In this document: piece after piece, positions 1 to 10,132 of the stretch
How the letters are laid out: every line of letters begins with the position of its first letter
How positions within the stretch are numbered: position 1 is the stretch's first letter
Assembly: GCA_965240325.2 (NCBI GenBank)
Contig: OZ251228.1
Span: 992,001 to 1,056,000, forward strand
Length of the DNA: 64,000 bases
Origin: Rebecca billardiae RCC1528
Taxonomy: Eukaryota > Protista > Haptophyta
Direction: 5' to 3'
Translations under genes and position numbers: made by a program
The notes under the pieces: model-generated
Seen by the model: the letters and a program-made list of their open reading frames with translations, nothing else
Database searches by the model: none
What the model was told of the DNA's origin: nothing

Positions 1-1070
1 CGCACCAGCTCTGCGGCGAGCTGATGCCCTCGGGCCGGCGCGCGCGCCGAGCGCACCGAGCAGCTGGCACACCACCGGGCGCAGCGCCGCAAGCGCGAGC
101 AGCTCGTGCCCGCCCTCCGCCGCACCGCGCGCACCGCGCGTCGCGCACAGCTCAGCGGCGCGCGCGCTTGCAGTCGCCACGGCCGCATCCGGCCACAGGG
201 CGAGCACGCCGCCCACGAGCGCGTGCGTCTGTCTCGGCCTGGCCCGCGCCGGCCCGCGCCCCGCGCCGCCTGGTCGCGGGCGCGCGCAGCAGCTCGTTCG
301 CCAAAGCGCGCGCCGCCACGCGCCTCCACTCGAGCACGCGCGTGCTCGCGCAGCGCGCTCGAGGACGCGCCGCAGCCGATCTTCAGCGCCCAGGCCGACG
401 GCGCCGCAGAGCGCGGGCGTCCTCGTCCACGCGCGCGCGCGCACACGCGCCGCGCCGAGCGGCAGTGGCCAACGCGAGGTGGCCCGCGCGGTGGCGGCGG
501 CGGTGCCAAGGGCGCGGTCGGGCGCCAGCCGCGGGAGTGATGAGGCGTGATGGCAGGGGACTCGCGCGAGGGGGGAGTCCAGCGCTCGGCAGCCACACTC
601 GCGCCGTGCCAGGCCACGAGCGCGCGCGGGTCGGTGCGACGCCGCCGCCATCGCGCGCATCAGCCGCAGCGCCAGCTTGCTGTGCGCGCGCACGAGGTCG
701 AGCTTGGCGTCGTCTGCGAGCACAGACGGCGAGGCGTGGGCGGGGTGGGCGGGCAAAGCCGTCTCGGTCGAGTGCGCCCGAGCGCACGCCACCACCCCGA
801 GCGCACGCCACCACCCCGCACGGAACCGTCCAATCACCATCGTGTGCGCGTGCACGCGACACTGAGCCAGCGCAGCGCGACCGAGCTGAGACACGGGCAG
901 CAGCGAGGGCGATACGTGTCAGGCCCACCGCGAGCGCGCGGCCGAGCCGAGCCCCAAGCCGCGACCGCACGAACCAGCAGCCGCGACCGCAAGCACGCGT
1001 GCGATCGCGCAGCCGAGCGTGCGGCCGGACACGCGATTCGCTGTGTGCGTCTCTTATTCTTAGTCAACTG
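1..1070. repeat. Right-hand end of a further copy of the ~7.7-kb tandem unit (continues off the left window edge)
   Basis: 1-1070 matches 7684-8753 almost base for base (offset 7683; identical ORF calls 106..540 vs 7789..8223) and ends in the same terminal repeat ...TCTTAGTCAACTG|TA. Confidence 0.93.
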
Positions 1071-1311
1071 TACGATCTCGCCTGCCTGAGCTGTGTGCGT
1101 CTCTTATTATTCTTAGTAAACTGTAGTACTACTGCACTGTTGTAACATCTAGATACAGGTAGGATACGATACACGAGTATTGACTCGCCCATGAACAATC
1201 ACTCGAGTGGCGGGTACCGTACAGTAGGTGCAGTTTACTCATCAGAATCAGAGACGCACATGTACAGTTTACTAAAGAATAAGAGACGCACACAGCTCAG
1301 GCAGGCGAGAT
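1040..1311. mobile_element. Junction cluster of Tc1/mariner-like terminal repeats: right ends 1040-1070 and 1074-1123, ~90-bp spacer, left ends ~1231-1260 and 1265-1311
   Basis: The motif CAGTTTACTAAGAATAAGAGACGCACACAGC(TCAGGCAGGCGAGAT) occurs in both orientations, mostly abutting TA. TA|CAGT termini are typical of Tc1/mariner elements. TACAGTA at 1220-1226 resembles an excision footprint. Confidence 0.7.
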
Positions 1312-1998
1312 CGACGCCCGCCAACTGTCACCGCCCATGAAGCCGTCGTCGCCGATGGCTGCGCCGCCGGAAAATTCGTTCAGCCGTCCGCCTGCGAGGC
1401 CTGGATGAGGGCTGCGGCCGCCTCGCGGCGGCGCGCCAGCGCCCGTCGTCCTCGCCCCACCGTCGTCCACAAAAAAAACCGACAAAACGTCGTCGTCCGA
1501 ACTCGCCGACTGGGCGCCGATGCAACAGCGCGCCGACAGGATGTGAGTAGTAGTATGGAATGTGGAGCCCCACTGTCGGTTGGGGAAGGCGTGTATCAAG
1601 CGGCATGACTGGGGTAGCTTATCACACAGAAGGCCTGGCCCTCACCGGGTCAGGTGATATGGATATGTGCCCCAGTATGGCGCGTCGGCCTCAAAGTCAA
1701 AGCCGGCGGCAGGGTTCTGACACTTCTGAGTTCTGTTGCCCGGAGGGTTCGCTGGCTCACCAGCTGCGAGGGCCGGGGCGTCCGGCTGTTTGCGCTTGCG
1801 GGCTGGGGCCGGCACTGGTGCCACCCCACCGCGTGTGTTGGCAATCAGGAGGCCCACGTCGTCCTAGATAAAGTACCTGATGTGTCCGTTCAATCATAGA
1901 ATGAGTCCTCCCCGTAATGGGCAGGCTGACAATGTTGATGATGTCTTCACAGTCAAGCCCAACGGCAATGCATGATGACACACGACGACACTGTACGA

Positions 1999-2047
1999 CA
2001 GTTTACTAAAAAGAATAAGAGACGCACACAGCTCAGGCAGGCGAGAT
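1999..2047 (+). mobile_element. Internal (nested) copy of the ~46-bp terminal repeat
   Basis: CAGTTTACTAAAAAGAATAAGAGACGCACACAGCTCAGGCAGGCGAGAT; duplicate at 9748-9796. Confidence 0.75.
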
Positions 2048-2383
2048 TTGTAGATTGTATTACCGCCCTTGATTGTATCCACACGTTCGACAAGGGCGGC
2101 GGAGGCTGCTGCCTCCGCTGCTTGCAACTTGAAACGTGTGCTGTCTTGGGTGTGCATGGCACGATCTCGCAGCCGGCGAGATCGACGCGATCGACGCATC
2201 ATCAGCCTTTTTCCCGTCGAAACGCTCGGCCGCCGCCCGGGCCCCGACGTCGCCGGTCCTGACCCGGGCCGCCCTGCAGGACGACTGCTTTGGGAGCCCG
2301 AGCGACGAACAAGCACCTGCCGCCACACGACCTCGTTGTGCCGACGAACTTCCCGCACGTGCCCACGAACGACTCCATACCGC

Positions 2384-5175
2384 ATGCCGCCCGAGTCCTG
2401 CGACGATCTGAGCCGCAAGCTGGCCGAGCTGAGCCCCCAACTCGCGCTGATGATACAAGCCATGGCTGACCTCCTCGTGGAGAGGCGACACCGCGCAGAC
2501 GGCGCGGCCGCAGGCCAAAGCCCGGACGCGCGCAAGGCCTGCATCATGCTGCTGGCAGCGCTCACGGACCACAAGCGCCTCGTCGACTTGGCGACGGAAC
2601 GTGCGCTCCAGGCGCATCCCAAGTGGCCGACCATCCTCTGCGACAAGCTGAACAGCTTGGCGTTCGCCCGCTGGTTGGCAGTCGAGTTGCTCTTCTCGAA
2701 CGAGAACGGCATGGCGGCGCTCAAGAAGCTCGAGTCGTCAGACGATGCCGCGCTGGCCAAGCTGAAGAGCAGGCTCAAGAAATCGCGATCGAGGCGCAGG
2801 GCGAGCAGCACGAAGGACACCCCCAAGTGGGCGCAGGCCCTGGTCTGCCCGTTCTACGACGCGGCGGAGCAGGCGTGCGGGGAGCACGAGGCGATGCGCG
2901 ACATGATCTCGCACGCAGAGACGAGCGGGCTGCGGCAGGTCCTCGAGCGCGGCGGGCTCGTGACGGTGGCGAGCCGCGACGGCGAGCAGATCCTGCTGCT
3001 CGACCCGGAGATCGTGCTCGTGCTCTCGGCGCTCATCGTCCCCCTGGAGCCGCTCCTGTACCGCAAACGCGGCGTGCTCGCGCAACCCGCGATGCCAACC
3101 ACAACAAGGATGGCGCTGGTGCCAGTGTCGCCGCAAGCGCTGCACGGGAACGGCGGCGGCGGCGCGCTCGCGGCGCGGCCCATCGCGCTCGAGCGGCTTG
3201 CCGATCCCAGCTGCCTCGGGCTCCGCTTCGCGCGCGGCGCCCTCATCCGCTGCTCATCGTCGCCGAGCGCGCGCCCATCCTCGTGCCCGCCCGCGGCAGA
3301 TGACGCGGCCGGGCCCGGCGCGGTCCCGCGGCAGGCGCCCATTGCTGCGCTTGCGAGCACCGTCGTGAACGCGGTGTATCTACTGAACGCTCGCGTGACA
3401 GCTCTTGAGGAGCGCGTGCAGGGCGCGGCCGACCCGGTGCGCTCATCGCCATCATCACCGTCGATGGTTCCGACGGCCGTCCCGGCGCCGTCGAGCCCGT
3501 CGGCGGCGGGTGGCGCTGAGCCACCGCCGAGCGCGCCGTTTGGCGAGCAGATCGCGCAGCCGCCGGCAGCAGTGCCGTGCCTCGGCGGCGAGCGCGTCGA
3601 CGACGAGAACGAGTGCCGCGTGCGCGCGCTGCTCGAGCGCGGTGACGATGGGGCTTTTTTCGACGAAGGCCTGATGCTCGGGCGGGACGGCTCCATCCCC
3701 AGCAGCCCGACGAGCTCGCTTGGCTCCATGGTGCCGCGGGCGGCGATTACGGACATTGACGCGTCGATCTCGCCGTCCGACGAGCAGTCGAGCTCGCAGA
3801 CCGCCGAGCTGACGGCAGGGCAGCTGCGCAAGGCAGGCATGGGGTGCGCGCTGCTGAAAGTCGTGGCTTTCTGCCAGCCTCCGTCGCCATCGCAGCGGCA
3901 GGTGTGCGCATGCGGCCCCGCCGCGTCTGCTGCGTCTGCGATCGTGCGCGCCCGGTGCGCACGTCCGCGCATGCCGGATCTCGCTGCTCGCTGCTCACCA
4001 CCACCGGCCGGTTGCGCCCCCGCCCCAAACGCCTTGCGCAGTTCGGCGGGCTGGCCGAGATGCCGCGCGTCTGCGAGTCCTACGCGATGGTCTGGGAGTA
4101 TGTGGTCGAGAAGGTCGCGCCGAATTTCGGCGTCGGCGCGGCGCGCGATCTGTGCGTGCTGCTGGACAAGCTGATCCCGAACGTGTCCGCGCCGCTGGGC
4201 GTGCTGCCGGGCATGATCGGCGTCGACGATTTCACCGATTGGAAGCCGCTCGGCTCTGGGACCCAGGCCAACGTGTTCCAGGCCACGGACTCGCTCGGCG
4301 CGTTGGTCGCGCTCAAACAGATCCGCCTCCACCAGCTGGAGAAGCCGCATGTGGCCGAGATGCTCGTCTCGGAGATCTTGTCGTTGGCGATGCTCGACAG
4401 CCCACACATCGTCAAGTGTGCGTGCCACGCGCAACCCGCCCTCGGCGGCGCGGCGCGCCCAGCGTGGTAGACTACTGGCTGCGTTGTACGCGCGCGACTT
4501 GTGGACGAGCGTGCCAAAGTGCGGTGCGCGCATCCTCACCGGCGCGACCGCCTGCCCTTCATCACCGCGCGCTCGCGCGCGCGCGCAGTCAAGGGCCTCT
4601 TCTCCAATGCTACGGCCGTGTACATCGTCCTCGAGCTCGCCAACGGCGGCACGCTCGAAGACCGCCTGCGCAACACGGGCGGGTCTTTGCCGGAGATCGA
4701 GGCTGCCGGCTCCTTTTTGCAGCTCGCCAGCGGCGCCCTCGAGATGCACAAGCATCACCTGCGGCACGGCGACCTCAATCTGGCCAACATCGTTGTCACG
4801 AAAGAGGGCAGGTGCAAACTCTGTGACTTGGGCCTCACGCGCGAGGTCCTCCCGGGCCAGTACGAGGTGAAGGTCTGGGGCACTTTCGAGTACATGGCGC
4901 CCGAGATGCGAACGCGGCCGGCCGCGTACAACCAGAGCGCGGACGTGTGGGCTCTCGGTATCATCCTCTTCCAGATGCTCGCCGGTAAGCACCCGTTCGA
5001 GCCGCCGCTGACGCCGGCCGAGCTCATCTTCCCGACTGACGAGCCGAACACGTTCCGCGACTCGACTCGGCACCTCGTGCAGATGATGCTCAACCCGAAG
5101 CCGTCAGAGCGGCCGAAGCTCCCCGAGGTCCACGCGCTCGCGAGCGAGTGGATGAAGGAGATCGACGACTCGTAG
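2384..5175 (+). CDS. Ser/Thr protein kinase, copy 1, with a long uncharacterised N-terminal region. Predicted exons ~2384-3901, 4042-4417, 4589-5175; an alternative in-frame ATG lies at 2156.
   Basis: Kinase motifs LGSGTQANV, VALK, HGDLNLAN, DLG, GTFEYMAPE, SADVWALG are split over ORFs 3844..4470 and 4501..5175. GT-AG intron 4418-4588 joins them in frame (HIVK-F-KGLF). GT-AG intron 3902-4041 (phase 0) links ORF 2069..4174; this donor is less certain (GC donor at 3833 also fits the frame). Confidence 0.85.
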
Positions 5176-6128
5176 CGGCGAGGCGCAATCGTCCCCCAGC
5201 AGGACGACTGCCGCCATCATCGGCATCACGAGCGAGCTGCTGCTTGCTGCCAAGCCCGCCAACAGCGGCACGAGCCGCCGCATCAGTGAGTGAGTCCCAT
5301 GCATGACGAGACGACGAGCACGGCCAGCGTGCGCGGCGCGATCCTCCGCAATCGATCAGCAGCAGCGCACCGTCGCTCCCATCAGCCCATCTAGCTGTCT
5401 GCTTCCCATCAGTTGCGCTGAGTGCACTCAATACTTACCGCCAGCATGTGATGCATGAGATATCTCCGCGTTCATCCGCGGCCCTTTTCCGTAGATCGAA
5501 CTCACGAGTCGTATAAGCTAGTAGTTATACTACGTAGTCGTTGCGCCCGTTGCTGGCCCGCGGTGCTGACGATGATTCAAACACAGCATCATCATCAGAT
5601 GACGGGCCGATCGGACGACGATCGATGGACCGACCGAGTGATTCGGCTAGCCGTTCGGGAATCAGGGGCGGTTCGCCGCGAGCCGTGAGTGCGAGTGCGG
5701 CGAGTGCGCCGCGGCTGGCGGCCCGCGCGGTCTGACTCCGACAGTCACGCCCTAGCTGGACTTTTGATGACAGGCGTGCTGACGCGGACGGCGGAGTCGG
5801 CGTCGGTGCCGGGCCCGGAGCAGCCTGACCCTGAGGGTGCTGCTCGGCCCGCTCTCCGCACTGAGACTGCGCCACAGCACTCACAGGACTGAGCGTGAGG
5901 TCTGCGCTTCGCGGCGGTGGAGACGCGCCGTGGCCGAGCCAGCCGCCGCTGCTCTAGCGCTCCTGTTGTGGCGGATGAGGGGCGCGGCGAGACCTGCTGC
6001 GATATGCTGCTGCGACATATGATCTGCCGGCGCGGGCTGCGCGCGCAGGCTGAGGCGGCCCATGCACGGGGCCACAGCACACACGAGTCGTGCGGGGGCG
6101 CGTCATATAGTAGTCTATAGAATGCGCG

Positions 6129-6170
<42 letters not shown>

Positions 6171-6171
6171 A
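6129..6171. repeat. (ATCT)10 microsatellite grading into AT
   Basis: Read directly; the equivalent site in copy 2 is a pure (AT)n tract at 13909-13926. Confidence 0.95.
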
Positions 6172-6651
6172 TGTCTAGCCGTCCTCGTGAACGCCGACGC
6201 CAACTGCTGGCCGAAGGTGGGCACGCCGCCTGGCATGTCAATGCTGAGGCGGCTGCGTGTGTTCCTACTCAGTGGGATTTATGTGTCCTCATGCCTTGGC
6301 GAGCGGCAGCAGATGCGGTGGGCATGCCGCTCGCCGTCGACGAGACGCGGTGCGTGAGAGATGTTGGTCGGTGCACGCGACGCGCCACCCGCGTGCGAGC
6401 CGCCGCCGCCGGCGACGCAGGACGAGCTTGGCTGGAGCAACCTCGCACGCCGCGCCTGGCGAAGCAGGCGGCGGAGGCCGGCGCCGGAAACCGATCTCCT
6501 GGGCGGCAGAAAAACCCGGACAGACTGTTTGTCCGGGAGCAGCCCTTTGAGGCGATGGTCTGTTACAGGGCGATGTGGCTGATGAGCGGCGCTGGCGCCC
6601 GGCGTTCTTGTCGTCCTCTTAGACAATATCAGTTATTGTACCAATAACCCC
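6172..6651. mobile_element. 480-bp non-autonomous element with asymmetric structured ends (member A)
   Basis: Starts TGTCTAGCCGTCCTC and ends CGTCCTCTTAGACAATATCAGTTATTGTACCAATAACCCC; both ends match the reverse complement of the ends of 13927-14664. Confidence 0.75.
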
Positions 6652-6848
6652 ACATATTTAGCAGTAGTGTGTGTGCGCGCGCGCGCGCGCGCGCTCATGA
6701 GGATCCGCCAACTAGCATCAGCTGCTTTTGGCTCGCGGGCCGGCGTCGCAGCTCAGCCGGCTGGGGCACGCGACTGGCAAACACCAGTGATTGACTGCTG
6801 CTGCTCGTGCTGTTCTGAAAATGACAACCACCTGGTCATCTCATCACA

Positions 6849-8030
6849 TCACACGGCGTGTGCAGCCGCCGCCTCCGCCTGCACGGCTTCTAGAACGCCC
6901 ACGTCCTCTGCGAGCGCGCGCATCAGCAGGCGGAACGTCGGCAGGTCGGTCGCGTCCGCGTGCTCGGCGGCGAGCATCCCGCACAGCGCGTCGCGCTGCG
7001 CCGCGTCCACGTGTGCGCACAGCGCCAGCGCAATGCGCGCCAGCTCGAGGGGCGCGACGCCGCCGCCCGCGCCGGCGCGCCCGTTGTCCACGACAAGAGC
7101 GTGCAGCGCGCCGATGGCCTCGTCGCGCACGCCCGCGTGCGCCGGATCGACGAGCGCGCGGAGCAGCGCGTCCGCAACCACGGGCCGCGCAGTCACGCAC
7201 TCTGGGTGGGCGCGCAGCCGACCGCGCGTCGCCTCGTCCGCGCGCACCAGCCGCTCCGCCGCCGAGCGAAATCGCGTGCGCCTCGCGCACGCCGTCTGCC
7301 GCCCACGCCTCGGCCGGCACCGCGCTCGCGACCGCGCGAACCAGGGCCGCGGCCGCGCCGCATCCGCTGCTGCTGCGTGCGCCGCGCCCAGCGCGCCGAC
7401 GATGAGCTGGGCGGCCTCGGCCTCGGCGGCGACGTCGGCGCGCGAGGCCTCAGCCACGTGCGCGAGCGGCCTAGCCAGCGCGTTCCATGCGCGCGGCAGC
7501 AGCAGCAGCAGCAGCAGCGGCAGCAGCGGCAGCAGCGGCAGCAGCGGCAGCAGCGGCAGCGGCGGCAGCAGCAGCGGCGGCGGCAGCAGCAGCGGCAGCC
7601 CGGCGCGCGTGCACGCTCCGTCACGAGCTCGCGGCGGCGGCAGCGGCGGAGACAATGCTCGCGCCGCGCTCAGCGCCGCCGCGCGCACCAGCTCTGCGGC
7701 GAGCTGATGCCCTCGGGCCGGCGCGCGCGCCGAGCGCACCGAGCAGCTGGCACACCACCGGGCGCAGCGCCGCAAGCGCGAGCAGCTCGTGCCCGCCCTC
7801 CGCCGCACCGCGCGCACCGCGCGTCGCGCACAGCTCAGCGGCGCGCGCGCTTGCAGTCGCCACGGCCGCATCCGGCCACAGGGCGAGCACGCCGCCCACG
7901 AGCGCGTGCGTCTGTCTCGGCCTGGCCCGCGCCGGCCCGCGCCCCGCGCCGCCTGGTCGCGGGCGCGCGCAGCAGCTCGTTCGCCAAAGCGCGCGCCGCC
8001 ACGCGCCTCCACTCGAGCACGCGCGTGCTC
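6849..8030 (-). pseudogene. Rearranged partial duplicate of the exportin-6-like gene (3' portion with internal deletions, frameshifts and triplet expansion)
   Basis: 6849-7270 is near-identical to 14863-15283, then jumps to parent ~16215 (~930 bp missing). There is a ~40-bp deletion near 7358, and more diverged matches to ~16500-16790 and ~17020-17120. The N-terminal importin-beta region is absent. Confidence 0.85.
7494..7599. repeat. Expanded CAG/CGG triplet repeat (~35 triplets)
   Basis: Read directly; the parent gene has only ~(CAG)5 at ~16480-16496. Confidence 0.9.
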
Positions 8031-8722
8031 GCGCAGCGCGCTCGAGGACGCGCCGCAGCCGATCTTCAGCGCCCAGGCCGACGGCGCCGCAGAGCGCGGG
8101 CGTCCTCGTCCACGCGCGCGCGCGCACACGCGCCGCGCCGAGCGGCAGTGGCCAACGCGAGGTGGCCCGCGCGGTGGCGGCGGCGGTGCCAAGGGCGCGG
8201 TCGGGCGCCAGCCGCGGGAGTGATGAGGCGTGATGGCAGGGGACTCGCGCGAGGGGGGAGTCCAGCGCTCGGCAGCCACACTCGCGCCGTGCCAGGCCAC
8301 GAGCGCGCGCGGGTCGGTGCGACGCCGCCGCCATCGCGCGCATCAGCCGCAGCGCCAGCTTGCTGTGCGCGCGCACGAGGTCGAGCTTGGCGTCGTCTGC
8401 GAGCACAGACGGCGAGGCGTGGGCGGGGTGGGCGGGCAAAGCCGTCTCGGTCGAGTGCGCCCGAGCGCACGCCACCACCCCGAGCGCACGCCACCACCCC
8501 GCACGGAACCGTCCAATCACCACCGTGTGCGCGTGCACGCGACACTGAGCCAGCGCAGCGCGACCGAGCTGAGACACGGGCAGCAGCGAGGGCGATACGT
8601 GTCAGGCCCACCGCGAGCGCGCGGCCGAGCCGAGCCCCAAGCCGCGACCGCACGAACCAGCAGCCGCGACCGCAAGCACGCGTGCGATCGCGCAGCCGAG
8701 CGTGCGGCCGGACACGCGATTC

Positions 8723-9051
8723 GCTGTGTGCGTCTCTTATTCTTAGTCAACTGTACTGTGCCTTTGTGCAGTGTTGGATGGCGTTAATCACGCCTTAACC
8801 AAGTGTGCACGTTAAATCATAGTAAACTGTAGTACTACTGAACTGTTGTAACATCTAGATACAGGTAGGATACGATACATGACTCGCCCATGAACAATCA
8901 CTCGAGAGGCGGGTACGTACAGTTTACTAAGAATAAGAGACGCACACAGCTCAGGCAGGCGAGAGGTACAGTTTACTCATCAGAATCAGAGACGCACATG
9001 TATACAGTTTACTCAAGAATAAGAGACGCACACAGCTCAGGCAGGCGAGAT
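8723..9051. mobile_element. Second junction cluster of terminal repeats: right ends 8723-8753 and ~8820-8829; left ends 8920-8964, 8969-8998, 9005-9051
   Basis: Same motif, each copy abutting TA; the content differs from the first junction. Confidence 0.7.
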
Positions 9052-10132
9052 CGACGCCCGCCAACTGTCACCGCCCATGAAGCCGTCGCCGATGGCTGCG
9101 CCGCCGGAAAATTCGTTCAGCCGTCCGCCTGCGAGGCCTGCGAGGCCTGGATGAGGGCTGCGGCCGCCTCGCGGCGGCGCGCCAGCGCCCGTCGTCCTCG
9201 CCCCACCGTCGTCCACAAAACCGACAAAACGTCGTCGTCCGAACTCGCCGACTGGGCGCCGATGCAACAGCGCGCCGACAGGATGTTAGTAGTATGGAAT
9301 GTGGAGCCCCACTGTCGGTTGGGGAAGGCGTGTATCAAGCGGCATGACTCTGGGGTAGCTTATCACACAGATGCCAGAGTCAGAAGGCCTGGCCCTCAGG
9401 TGATATGTGCCCCAGTATGGCGCGTCGGCCAGTCAAACTCAAAGCCGGCGGCAGGGTTCTGACACTTCTGTTGCCCGGAGGGTTCGCTGGCTCACCAGCT
9501 GCGAGGGCCGGGGCGTCCGGCTGTTTGCGCTTGCGGGCTGGGGCCGGCACTGGACCTGGTGCCACCCCACCGCGTGTGTTGGCAATTCAGGAGACCCGCG
9601 TCGTCCTAGATAAAGTACCTGACGATGTGTCCGTTCAATCATAGTTAGAATGAGTCCTCCCCGTAATGGGCAGGCTGACAATGTTGATGATGTCTTCACA
9701 GTCAAGCCCAACGGCAATGCATGATGACACGCGACGACACTGTACGACAGTTTACTAAAAAGAATAAGAGACGCACACAGCTCAGGCAGGCGAGATTTGT
9801 AGATTGTATTACCGCCCTTGATTGTATCCACACGTTCGACAAGGGCGGCGGAGGCTGCTGCCTCCGCTGCTTGCAACTTGAAACGTGTGCTGTCTTGGGT
9901 GTGCATGGCACGATCTCGCAGCCGGCGAGATCGACGCGATCGACGCATCATCAGCCTTTTTCCCGTCGAAACGCTCGGCCGCCGCCCGGGCCCCGACGTC
10001 GCCGGTCCTGACCCGGGCCGCCCTGCAGGACGACTGCTTTGGGAGCCCGAGCGACGAACAAGCACCTGCCGCCACACGACCTCGTTGTGCCGACGAACTT
10101 CCCGCACGTGCCCACGAACGACTCCATACCGC

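Larger units (their letters stand above)
1265..8753. mobile_element. Putative non-autonomous TIR-bounded 'Pack' element (~7.5 kb) carrying the kinase gene and an XPO6 fragment; the repeating unit of the tandem duplication
   Basis: Left TIR at 1265 after TA (1263-64), inverted right TIR 8723-8753 followed by TA (8754-55); no transposase ORF recognised inside. Confidence 0.6.

Noticed and set aside
1999-2047. 46-bp motif as a spliced-leader relic of a retrocopied kinase
   Set aside because: The kinase keeps its introns, and the motif occurs in both orientations with TA flanks and a footprint-like remnant, which favours transposon ends; not fully excluded
2854-5073. 739-aa minus-strand ORF (and its copy 10603-12822)
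   Set aside because: Antisense shadow of the kinase gene; no domain motifs
6171-6647. 158-aa ORF spanning element A
   Set aside because: No recognisable domain, and not conserved in element B beyond the shared terminal MSSRPR
7487-8233. Poly-Ala and poly-Gln plus-strand ORFs
   Set aside because: Translations of the CAG/CGG expansion, antisense to the XPO6 fragment
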